Part shown: piece by piece, positions 1 through 7,861 of the stretch
How positions within the stretch are numbered: position 1 is the stretch's first letter
Layout: each line of letters begins with the position of its first letter
DNA from: Thainema sp.
GTDB lineage: Bacteria; Cyanobacteriota; Cyanobacteriia; Phormidesmidales; Phormidesmidaceae
NCBI GenBank assembly: GCA_052168235.1
Contig: JBQLZK010000110.1
Location: 1-14,221 of the forward strand
Direction: 5' to 3'
Length of the DNA: 14,221 nucleotides
Notes under the pieces: model-generated
The model's database searches: none
The model's input: only the letters and a program-made list of their open reading frames with translations
What the model was told of the DNA's origin: nothing
Translations under genes and position numbers: made by a program

Positions 1-54
1 AGAGGTGTTTTTCTTACTTTAGCTGGCCGTCATCTATTTGTTGACGCACCACTA
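1..54 (-). mobile_element. End of an IS/MITE-like element (left copy; element body lies outside the window)
   Basis: Positions 1-54 are the exact reverse complement of 14167-14220. The match ends at TA (53-54), and identity stops immediately inside it. No transposase is in the window, so the family is unresolved; a TA boundary would fit IS630/Tc1-like elements. Confidence 0.75.
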
Positions 55-99
55 CATAGAATAGTACCTAAGCTGGCAGATTGATGAGGGTTAGCCCAA

Positions 100-663
100 A
101 TGGTACAAGTCCCATCGAAAGCACTGACCTTAGCGGAGTTTTTGCAATTACCAAAAACAAAGCCGGCGAGTGAATACATTGATGGTCAAGTCATTCAGAA
201 ACCGATGCCGCAAGGGAAGCACAGTGTCATTCAAGACGAACTGACGCCTGCCATCAATCGTGTTGTTAAGCCGCAGCGGATTGCACGCGCGTTTCCTGAG
301 CTACGCTGTACCTTTGGAGACCGTTCAACGGTTCCTGATATTGCCGTCTTTCTCTGGAACCGAATTTCTCGCGATCAGAATGGGGAAGTGGCAAACGTGT
401 TTCCATCTGGGCCCGATTGGACAATTGAAATCTTGTCTCCCGATCAAAGCCAAACCAAAGTCACCAAAAACATTCTCCACTGCCTGAAGCATGAAACTCA
501 GATGGGTTGGCTCATTGATCCAGATGAGCAAACGGTGTTTATCTATCGTTCGAAGCAAGAACCCGAAGTATTGGATACACCAACGGACGTTATCCTTGTG
601 CCATCGTTTGCAAGTCATCTACAGCTTACGATTCAAGATCTATTTGCTTGGTTGTTGGAGTGA
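100..663 (+). CDS. Uma2/DUF820 family PD-(D/E)xK-like endonuclease
   Basis: 187 aa. LTLAEFLQLP..KPASEYIDG, PMPQGKHS, VPDIAVF, PDWTIEILSP and GWLIDP are the typical cyanobacterial Uma2 motifs. Confidence 0.93.
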   Translation: MVQVPSKALTLAEFLQLPKTKPASEYIDGQVIQKPMPQGKHSVIQDELTPAINRVVKPQRIARAFPELRCTFGDRSTVPDIAVFLWNRISRDQNGEVANVFPSGPDWTIEILSPDQSQTKVTKNILHCLKHETQMGWLIDPDEQTVFIYRSKQEPEVLDTPTDVILVPSFASHLQLTIQDLFAWLLE

Positions 664-878
664 GTATTTCTCGCGTAGGTCACATGGGGTGTAAATGTAA
701 CGTTAGCTGTATTTCAAGAACTAATGCATTACAGCTTATGCTTTATAAAAAGAGCTGAGATTCCGCTAGGTCAGATTCATACACTTCAACATGACAAGCT
801 TTTCTGTAAATGTTGAAAGTCAGGCTGATTTGATAGAAATTTGACAAAATAGAAAAGTCAAAAAATTACATTTCAACT

Positions 879-2699
879 ATGTCATCGCTGAATTCATCCC
901 CCACCAAGGAAGATTTTGATAATACCTGCTGGCAAAGCGTGATAAACAGTAGTGAGCGCAAAGATTGTTTAATATATGATCGTGCTTTCTGGAAGAAATC
1001 AAAAGAAGCGCAGGAAGCTGGAAATGTTACAGAACAAACTGTTTTTGAGATTCTGGCAGTTATAACTGGCGCTGCAATCAAACCGGAGTCAACAGACGAA
1101 CATTTTGCTGAATGTTTCAAAAACCTTACAGACGAGCAGCTAAATTTTCTCGCTGAGATCGTGTTCAACATTTCAGATGCTGAACTTCAAGCACGAATAG
1201 CAGACATTCTTTGGGTTAGGCAGCGTGATTATCGCATGGCTCAGTTGGCTATTCCCGCTTACTTACAATCTGCAAGCATCCTGGAAAATCCTGATCATTG
1301 GACTGATTGTATTCAGCGAATAGAACGGGCGCTACGATTAGCACACAAAATCAAACACCAGCCTGAACTCGTTTTTGCTCATATAGAATCAGTTCTTGAT
1401 CGCTACCAAGGAGAAGACTCTCGATGGCTATCTGTAAAGCTGATGGAGCTATTACAGAAGCATCGATTTGGAAAACCAACCAAATATACAGCCCTTTCTG
1501 AAAAAGCAGCAACCCTAGCTCAATCAAACTCCAACTGGCGTAGGGCAAGAGCACTCTGGGACATTAAAGCTAAATGGCATCGTATGGAGCAAAATTACGA
1601 AGAGGAGCTAGCTGCTTCAACGTTGGCTGCCGAGACTTATGTCAAAGAGGCTGAAGAAGCCCTTATGAGAGCCTCTCCGAGTTATTTAGTGGCATCAGAT
1701 TTTCTACAAAGAGCGGTAGAGGCTTTCAAAAGTATTCGAGGAACAAGAGAGCAAACTATCCATGCGAAAGCAAGAGCAGAGGAGATTCATACACTTCTTT
1801 TGCAGTATCAGGAGGAAGCCCGAAATGAGATGATTACCAACTCTCACGAGATAGATATTAGTGATTTAGTAGAAAAGGCTAAAGATCATATAAGAGGAAA
1901 AGGCTTCCGAGAAGCACTATTTGCCTTGGTTCTTTTGGGTGCTCCTACTAATACTTCTCAACTGAGACAACAAGTACAACAACAAGCTAACGAGTTCATT
2001 GCATCTCAACTTTTTCCTGTTGTGATGATGAATCAAATGGGCAAAGTTGTTGCTCGTCAACCAGGTTCTGTACTTTCCAATAATCCTGAAGAAGCAGAAG
2101 CGGCAACTCGCTTTGAGATGTGTCGGAACGCCATTTTTCACTACAGCGTACAAGCTCAAGCGTATATTGAACCTGCCAGATATCAATTTAATCTAGAACA
2201 TGGGGCACAACTTGATGATTTTCTTCCAATCGTTTCGCATACCCCTTTCGTTCCACCTGACCGTAGATACCTCTTTGTAAAGGGGCTGTATGCCGGACTG
2301 ACTGGAGATTTCTTTACATCTACCCATATTCTGATTCCCCAGATCGAAAATTCTGTTCGCTACATCATGTGGCGCAGAGGCATAATTACTTCTGGATTGG
2401 ATGATAGCGGGATTCAAAATGAGCATGATTTGAACCGTACTCTCTATCGTTCAGAAATAACTTCCATTTTCGATGAAGACACGTTGTTTGATTTGAAATG
2501 CTTACTGGTTGAACATGCAGGTAGTAATTTAAGAAACCGTATGGCTCATGGTCTAATTAGCGACGGTGAGTTCATGAGTCCACTAATGTCATATCTCTGG
2601 TGGTTCACATTAAGACTTTGTTGCTTGCCTATTTTGATGCCTCAGCAGCCAGTTGAGCAATCCGATACAGATCCTGATACAGGTAACGATGGTGAATGA
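879..2699 (+). CDS. DUF4209-like protein with helical N-terminus and C-terminal HEPN motif (putative RNase, conflict-system candidate)
   Basis: 606 aa. The C-terminal region has HILIPQIENSVR and GSNLRNRMAHG (R-x4-H). The N-terminus has LQARIADILW, typical of the large DUF4209 proteins. The gene is AT-richer than panB and has no HIP1. Confidence 0.8.
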   Translation: MSSLNSSPTKEDFDNTCWQSVINSSERKDCLIYDRAFWKKSKEAQEAGNVTEQTVFEILAVITGAAIKPESTDEHFAECFKNLTDEQLNFLAEIVFNISDAELQARIADILWVRQRDYRMAQLAIPAYLQSASILENPDHWTDCIQRIERALRLAHKIKHQPELVFAHIESVLDRYQGEDSRWLSVKLMELLQKHRFGKPTKYTALSEKAATLAQSNSNWRRARALWDIKAKWHRMEQNYEEELAASTLAAETYVKEAEEALMRASPSYLVASDFLQRAVEAFKSIRGTREQTIHAKARAEEIHTLLLQYQEEARNEMITNSHEIDISDLVEKAKDHIRGKGFREALFALVLLGAPTNTSQLRQQVQQQANEFIASQLFPVVMMNQMGKVVARQPGSVLSNNPEEAEAATRFEMCRNAIFHYSVQAQAYIEPARYQFNLEHGAQLDDFLPIVSHTPFVPPDRRYLFVKGLYAGLTGDFFTSTHILIPQIENSVRYIMWRRGIITSGLDDSGIQNEHDLNRTLYRSEITSIFDEDTLFDLKCLLVEHAGSNLRNRMAHGLISDGEFMSPLMSYLWWFTLRLCCLPILMPQQPVEQSDTDPDTGNDGE

Positions 2700-2715
2700 A
2701 GTGCGATCGCACTTC
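2698..2715. repeat. Extended HIP1 palindrome GAAGTGCGATCGCACTTC (18-bp perfect)
   Basis: Read directly. It overlaps the TGA stop of 879..2699; the HIP1 core is at 2703-2710. Confidence 0.95.
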
Positions 2716-2741
2716 CCACACTTTCCCTACCTGCCCATTCG

Positions 2742-2818
2742 GTTTCCCTATCGCATTCCATTCAAGCGATTCATGTCGTCTCAGGGATCGGTTTGATACG
2801 ATCAAGACGGAGGGAAAC
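2742..2818 (+). promoter_or_regulatory. Structured panB leader (candidate cis-regulatory RNA, possibly pan-motif-like)
   Basis: Nested pairings: GTTTCCCT(2742-2749)/AGGGAAAC(2811-2818), CGTCT(2777-2781)/AGACG(2805-2809) and GATCG(2786-2790)/CGATC(2799-2803). They cover the SD-like GGAGGG (2809-2814) before ATG 2824. Confidence 0.45.
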
Positions 2819-2823
2819 AAGCC

Positions 2824-3645
2824 ATGAGAGACGCAGCATTTTTACAGGCCAAGAAGCAGCGCGGCGAGAAAATTACGGCGCTGACCTGCTACGACTATCC
2901 CACTGCCGTGTTAGAAGAGCAGGCCGGGATTGACGTTCTGTTTGTCGGCGACAGCGTTGGCACCAACATTCTGGGCTACGACGATGAAACCCAGGTCACG
3001 CTGGACGACATTACTCATCATCTGAAAGCCGTTCGACGCGGCGCACCGGAATCCTACATTCTGGCCGACTTGCCCTACGCCACCTACGAAACGCCGGAGC
3101 AAGCCCTGACCAACGCTCAGCATTTGATGCAGAATGGGGCAGATATCATCAAGTTTGAGGGCAATCGCACCGACATCGCGACGCATTTGATCCAGAACGG
3201 CATTCCAGTCTGCGGGCATTTGGGACTACAGCCCCAAACCCATTTGAAGAAGGCAGTGCAGGGCAAGACCTTCGAACAGGCGAAGGCCATCGTTGAAGAT
3301 GCTCAGCGGCTAGAGCAAACAGGTATTCAGTTACTTGTTCTAGAGCTAGTGCCCGAAGAAGTGGCCAAGCTGATCACTGAAACGCTACAGATTCCCACGA
3401 TTGGCATCGGAGCCGGACGCTACACGGATGGCCAAGTGCTGATTGTGAATGACATTCTGGGCATTACGCCGAGGAAGCTACGTCTCGCTAAGCGCTACCT
3501 CAGCTATGGTGAAACAACCCTAGCCGCCATGCAGCGCTATCAGAAAGATGTGGCTGAACAGTGGTTTCCGTCCGAAGACAACACGCGCCACATGCCCACC
3601 GAGGAGCTAGAGCTGTTCATCAACTGGGTGCGATCGCACTTCTGA
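2824..3645 (+). CDS. panB: 3-methyl-2-oxobutanoate hydroxymethyltransferase
   Basis: 273 aa with PanB motifs LTCYDY, VGDS, DLPY, KFEG, GHLGLQPQ, LELVP and IPTIGIGAG..TDGQVL. Confidence 0.96.
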   Translation: MRDAAFLQAKKQRGEKITALTCYDYPTAVLEEQAGIDVLFVGDSVGTNILGYDDETQVTLDDITHHLKAVRRGAPESYILADLPYATYETPEQALTNAQHLMQNGADIIKFEGNRTDIATHLIQNGIPVCGHLGLQPQTHLKKAVQGKTFEQAKAIVEDAQRLEQTGIQLLVLELVPEEVAKLITETLQIPTIGIGAGRYTDGQVLIVNDILGITPRKLRLAKRYLSYGETTLAAMQRYQKDVAEQWFPSEDNTRHMPTEELELFINWVRSHF

Positions 3646-3918
3646 ATACTCGCGTAGATACTCACGCATCAGGCGCGGCCAAATCAGCAGAAAGAAGCCC
3701 ATCCAGACGCCGACGGGCAGTGCTACCAGCAGCGTCAGCCAGCGCCAATGGAACACCCACCAGCTCCCGCTAATCAGCGTTACGCCCGTCAGCGCAATTG
3801 ACCAGGGCTGACACCACCAAGGCTTATAGTGCCAGGGATTCAGCGAGTCAATCTCTGGCGCAAGTTCTTCTGGCATGAGTTCGGGTGGTTGTGAATCGGG
3901 TGAAGGAGTAACGGCCAT
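3607..3918 (-). CDS. Small cyanobacterial membrane protein (DUF6737-like)
   Basis: PWHYKPWWCQPWSIALTG followed by two hydrophobic segments. It overlaps the panB 3' end convergently by 39 nt. Confidence 0.8.
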   Translation of the reverse strand: MAVTPSPDSQPPELMPEELAPEIDSLNPWHYKPWWCQPWSIALTGVTLISGSWWVFHWRWLTLLVALPVGVWMGFFLLIWPRLMREYLREYSEVRSHPVDEQL

Positions 3919-3925
3919 TCGCGAC

Positions 3926-4180
3926 CTACACCTGCCACTTCAGGACGGATGCCTCGACGCCTTGTTCGCGCTTGATTTTGGCGTCGTTTTCAAACCAGGC
4001 AATGATCTGCTCGGTCGTCAGTTCTTCCACGGGCGTATCCAGGTCGTTGGCGATGTACTTAAGCAGCTTGTGCGTAGACAGGGTCAAGCGGGTTAAAAAT
4101 TTTTCAGGCGAGGCCATCAGCGCAGCGTCAACTTGCGCGGATTCTTCGGGAGTCAGAAATTGAGCAGTTTGATCTAACAT
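3926..4180 (-). CDS. Conserved cyanobacterial hypothetical protein (84 aa)
   Basis: FLTPEESAQVDAALM.SPEKFLTRLT...IIAWFE.D.K..REQG....LKW is recognisable as a cyanobacterial family. ATG at 4180 is preferred over the longer ORF start at 4204. It ends 7 nt before the DUF6737-like gene, so the two are probably an operon. Confidence 0.75.
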   Translation of the reverse strand: MLDQTAQFLTPEESAQVDAALMASPEKFLTRLTLSTHKLLKYIANDLDTPVEELTTEQIIAWFENDAKIKREQGVEASVLKWQV

Positions 4181-4262
4181 CGTACGGTTAAGGGTACAAC
4201 TCAAGCTTCATTTCTATGATAAAGGAGGCGAAGGAGCAGGGGAGAGGGGAAGAAAGGGGAAT

Positions 4263-4300
4263 AGTGCGATCGCACTTTTGATTTCCCAAAGCGCGATCAC
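4263..4300. repeat. HIP1 doublet (AGTGCGATCGCACT plus degenerate GCGATCAC)
   Basis: Exact core at 4266-4273; one-mismatch copy at 4293-4300. Confidence 0.85.
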
Positions 4301-4318
4301 AGTTCTAGTTTCCAACCA

Positions 4319-4588
4319 TCACGACACAACGTAGCGGGTTAGAATTCGCAGGACTTCGCCTTCGACGGGTGAGGGCAGGGGCGGACTCCATTCGTGGATT
4401 TCGGCAAAGCCGAGCCGATGCAGCCGCAGGACGATGTCTTCAACACCTTGGGGGATGCCGCAGACGAGCAGACGGACGGGCTGTTTGCCTGTGGGGGCGT
4501 TGGGAATGGGTGTTTTGAGCAGTTCTGGCACGGAAATCGGCGCAGCAGAACTAGCGGGAGGGTGTTCCCGCAGCAAAGTGGCTATCAT
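4319..4588 (-). CDS. Small conserved cyanobacterial hypothetical protein (start at 4588 or 4618)
   Basis: PVRLLVCG.PQGV...V..LH.LGFAE..EWSPPLP....GEV..IL is the pattern of a family often multicopy in filamentous cyanobacteria. Function unknown. Confidence 0.75.
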   Translation of the reverse strand: MIATLLREHPPASSAAPISVPELLKTPIPNAPTGKQPVRLLVCGIPQGVEDIVLRLHRLGFAEIHEWSPPLPSPVEGEVLRILTRYVVS

Positions 4589-4618
4589 AATAGTTACCAA
4601 ACGAATAAATGAACTCAT

Positions 4619-4659
4619 CGCGATCGCACTTTAGGTTTGGAAACGGAAGTGCGATCGCG
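4619..4659 (-). promoter_or_regulatory. HIP1-armed hairpin in the 5' leader of the 4319..4588 gene
   Basis: 13-bp inverted arms CGCGATCGCACTT (4619-4631) / AAGTGCGATCGCG (4647-4659). The 15-nt centre contains GTTT-GG-AAAC. A minus-strand TATACT (-10-like) lies at 4678-4683. Confidence 0.55.
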
Positions 4660-4806
4660 TTTTTGTTGATGACGTTGAGTATAAACCGAATTTACTATTT
4701 GCGCTACCGCAGCAGTCTATTTAACTATCGCACCAGTCCATTCAGGCGCAGCGAAGTAATCTGAGTGATAGCATCTGCCTTACAGTCTGGTGGTTAGGCA
4801 GTTTTT

Positions 4807-5019
4807 GTGGTGATCCAGTGGCGATTGGCAGTCGTAATGGCTGAGCGCAACATTAGTAATAAAGAGTTAGCCGCTCTAACTGGAATGAATCCTCGCTCGA
4901 TTTCCAGACTAAAAGTGCGTCGCCAATTTACCCGCATTGATGAAGCAACACTCAACGCTCTCTGCAAAGCACTGAACTGCCAGCCAGGAGATCTAATGGT
5001 GTACGAAGCGGATAAGTGA
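4807..5019 (+). CDS. XRE/Cro-C1 family HTH transcriptional regulator (HTH_26-like)
   Basis: 70 aa: WRLAVVMAERNISNKELAALTG....SISRL...ID..TL..LCKALNCQPGDL. GTG start. Confidence 0.92.
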   Translation: MVIQWRLAVVMAERNISNKELAALTGMNPRSISRLKVRRQFTRIDEATLNALCKALNCQPGDLMVYEADK

Positions 5020-5103
5020 AAAAGCTAGAAGATATTAAGATCTCAAGGGACAAACTTAAGATAATTCTCAGTATTGTTTTCTAAATACCACCAGCAGTCA
5101 TCA

Positions 5104-5834
5104 TTAAGGATTGAGCTGATTTACAATCGGGTTTATATTAATCACTGCTGCAATCAGCTTAAAACAATATTGTTGCTCACATCCAGTTGGAGTAAACGGC
5201 TCTCCCAAACTGATGGTGAATCGAAATCTATAAGATTTAGTTCACTAATAACCTCATCTGAAGAATAGCTTCCCGCTGGCAATTGAGCCTGATCCATTTG
5301 CGATTTCCATTTGGGATCAGTAATGCTGAAATTATATTGGATATTATTGAATGTAAAGATAGATCTATATGTTTTTCTGCTCAAATATTCTTGAACTACC
5401 CAATTGATATCTTGAGGTTTCAGATAAAGAAGTGAGCATTGAGCAGGATTTTGCTGTAATAATTTATATTCAATTCGATCTGATGAATTACCCAAGATTT
5501 CACGTAGAGCCATACTTCTATCAAGTTCTGGTTTGAGAACCTTCTTCAACATTGGAAAATCTGAATGGCCAACAAACTGCCACTTCTTCCGTACAATAAT
5601 CCAATTTTCTGGCTGATGGCACCTTGGTCTATGCTCCGAACACTCAATTTCCAAAATATCAAAGAGTTGGGGTTCAGCACCAGTGTCAAGAATGTAGTCG
5701 TTTGGATGTAGCGTACCGCTAGAGTCAGTAGATACAGGTCTTAACCAACCTGATCCATCCGTTTTGAGTCCTGCAATACAACGACCGTTATTTTTATAAG
5801 AATTAGCAAGACAAATAATTTCAAAAGTCGGCAT
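5104..5834 (-). pseudogene. Dual OB-fold (DuOB-like) protein, frameshifted near its C-terminus
   Basis: The N-terminus IICLANSYK..GRCIAG...WLRPVS...HQPENW...ITDP is in the 5154..5834 frame. The expected C-terminus FTISLGEPF...YCFKLIAAVI is in another frame (5220 down to TAA at 5104-5106). Confidence 0.78.
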
Positions 5835-5873
5835 GTTCAGCTTTCCAGCTATTAGCGGAAGTAAACTGATTAG

Positions 5874-6323
5874 TTAAAGGTGATGAACTTTAATTGCCGT
5901 GTCAAGCTTTTGCTGCAAATATTCGGCAACTAAACGACGATGACAATGATGGGGCTTTGCTTCACTACATAACAGACACCCACCATCTAAAAAATCAGGA
6001 GAAACCTTGTTTTCAATTTTTCGATCTACAATCAAAGTATTAAACTTATTTTCGTAATCCTCCCAGCTAATTCTCTTTTTCTTGTAGTCATCCAAAATAT
6101 CTTTGGTTGGAGCTAAGTCTAAAATATGAATATAGTCAATATTATCAATAGCCTTCAGGAAATACTCTAAATCAGCTCTTTTTGCAAATCCTGATAATTG
6201 GGATACGTTATTTAGGCGAGTATCAATAATCCGTTTAACACCTGCTTTTTTAAGAGTTTCAAAGAACTTTTGAGCGCTCTTTTGAGTGAAGCCTATTGTG
6301 AACAAATTGATCTGACTCTTCAT
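5874..6323 (-). CDS. DUF488 family protein
   Basis: LFTIGFTQKSA..FF, IDTRLNN.SQL.GFAK..DL and LLCSE..PHHCHR. Start at ATG 6323 or 6329 after AAGGAAG; the ORF-track start at 6359 is probably too long. Confidence 0.92.
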   Translation of the reverse strand: MKSQINLFTIGFTQKSAQKFFETLKKAGVKRIIDTRLNNVSQLSGFAKRADLEYFLKAIDNIDYIHILDLAPTKDILDDYKKKRISWEDYENKFNTLIVDRKIENKVSPDFLDGGCLLCSEAKPHHCHRRLVAEYLQQKLDTAIKVHHL

Positions 6324-6960
6324 GTTCATTACTTCCTTTTTCCACATAAGCAATCTCATTACCCTGAAGTTTATACGCTTTTCTCAGGCATTCTTCCCGT
6401 GTTGGCAAACCATCTTGGGAAAATAGAGAAAGTTGAGCTTGCTGAGCCTCTGAAAACTCTGTAAAACCATGCTTGAGAAGCATTCTTTCTTCCAAATGCT
6501 CATGAGATTCTAAATCGCCATTTTTTAATATGTGGTGTATGGATATGTCAAGATGGCGTAAATGCTGGCAAACCAAAATTGCTCTGTGACAGGTCAATGG
6601 ATCTTTTTCTGCACACATTAGCGAAATCTTATGTTTTTTCAAACCTGTTTGAACTCGCTGAATTCCTTCATGAAACGCATCGGTAGCAGCAATTCTCTCA
6701 TATACTGCTTTGCCACCGATATAGCAATCTTGGTTGCTAGGTCTTGCGCCTAGCTCCCGTCCCAAAAAAACATATTGAATTTTTTCTTGGGCAAGAAGTT
6801 TCTGTAGGGATGTTTGATTGAACTGTGACAGGAATCGGCTGTAGGGATGTGAACGTACATCAGCAACAGCAGTTACTCCATACTTCTGAAGAAGAGAGAT
6901 AAAATCATTTATATCGTGATTAGAGTGACCAATACTGAACAACTCTATACTGCTCCTCAT
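6259..6960 (-). CDS. DUF488 family protein (long type)
   Basis: LFSIGHSNH, ADVRSHPYSR, YVFLGRELGARP and LMCAEKDPLTCHR. Confidence 0.92.
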   Translation of the reverse strand: MRSSIELFSIGHSNHDINDFISLLQKYGVTAVADVRSHPYSRFLSQFNQTSLQKLLAQEKIQYVFLGRELGARPSNQDCYIGGKAVYERIAATDAFHEGIQRVQTGLKKHKISLMCAEKDPLTCHRAILVCQHLRHLDISIHHILKNGDLESHEHLEERMLLKHGFTEFSEAQQAQLSLFSQDGLPTREECLRKAYKLQGNEIAYVEKGSNEHEESDQFVHNRLHSKERSKVL

Positions 6961-7069
6961 CTTTGACCTCGTAATGCAATTTTATCTTGCCTTTCACTTT
7001 CTATTGTAGTAGACATGAACTATTTGCACGAGTCGAATCTAGCCCCCGGATGCGATTGTGAGGTTGCTG

Positions 7070-7285
7070 TAGCGTAATCGGATGCGCCTCAGACACCAAC
7101 GCCAACCCACTGAGCAAACTGCGGAGATAGTTGCTCACCTTACGAATTCGCGACGCATGAACTGGCCCTTCTGGACTCACTTCGACAATATCTCCCGCTA
7201 GCAGCTCCACCCGACGATTTTGCAAGATTCCTGCTGCAATCATCTGGTGATAATCATCAACTGACCATTTTATGAGCGTAGTCAT
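7070..7285 (-). pseudogene. Truncated Uma2/DUF820 family gene (N-terminal 72 codons)
   Basis: KWSVDDYHQMI.AGIL..RRVELL.GDIVE.SPEGP.H...EAHPITL is a Uma2 N-terminus. The expected SEPEPD/EV catalytic part is absent, and the frame runs into unrelated sequence to a stop at 7001. Confidence 0.85.
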
Positions 7286-7378
7286 CTTGAGAACTCCTCA
7301 CGGCCTGCTGCATCACTATTTTACTGAACTGAATGGCTGTAGCTTGTGCAGAACCTCATCATCCTAATGTGGCAGAAA

Positions 7379-7759
7379 TCAACGTACAGTCACCAAGACA
7401 GCCGTGCCGAAGCCGCTGTTGTGAGCATCCATATAGGGAACAGCCTCCGACCATTCATATTCAATTTCGAGCGTATTGTGCTTATACGTGACTGTGCCCT
7501 CACCGCTGATTACCGCATCTGAACTTGCGTCCGGAATATTGAGCACCCGAACAAGCGCATCTTTGAGTTGATGATGCAGCTGGGTGTCAGCCAGGGGACG
7601 GTGATCCAGATAGAACTGGATCAACCGTCCACCCCCAATCCAATCTGGGCCAATCTGACACCGCACAACCCACTTGACCCACAAGTCTGAAGACTCAATC
7701 TGGTCTAACAGCGATTGGAGATCAGCAATAACAACAGCGTCAGACTTAGAATCTTTCAT
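7379..7759 (-). CDS. Hypothetical protein (126 aa)
   Basis: Clean ORF with AAGGAA upstream on the minus strand. No motif recognised. Confidence 0.7.
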   Translation of the reverse strand: MKDSKSDAVVIADLQSLLDQIESSDLWVKWVVRCQIGPDWIGGGRLIQFYLDHRPLADTQLHHQLKDALVRVLNIPDASSDAVISGEGTVTYKHNTLEIEYEWSEAVPYMDAHNSGFGTAVLVTVR

Positions 7760-7786
7760 CAGTTCCTTACAAAGTTTGTTAGAAGC

Positions 7787-7828
7787 GCGATCGCACGTTT
7801 AGTGAGTAGTTGAGAATGAGATCGCACT
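7787..7828. repeat. HIP1 doublet
   Basis: GCGATCGC at 7787-7794 and degenerate GAGATCGC(ACT) at 7818-7825. Confidence 0.85.
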
Positions 7829-7861
7829 ATGAAGAACGTGAGTAGTAGGTTTTGGCTACAT

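Noticed and set aside
705..738. AGCTGTA/TACAGCT dyad as a MITE remnant or terminator after Uma2
   Set aside because: The arms are only 7 bp and there is no second copy in the window to support it.
4222..4262. Purine-rich tract as a tandem repeat or G-quadruplex
   Set aside because: It is irregular low-complexity sequence with only three long G runs, common in cyanobacterial intergenic DNA.
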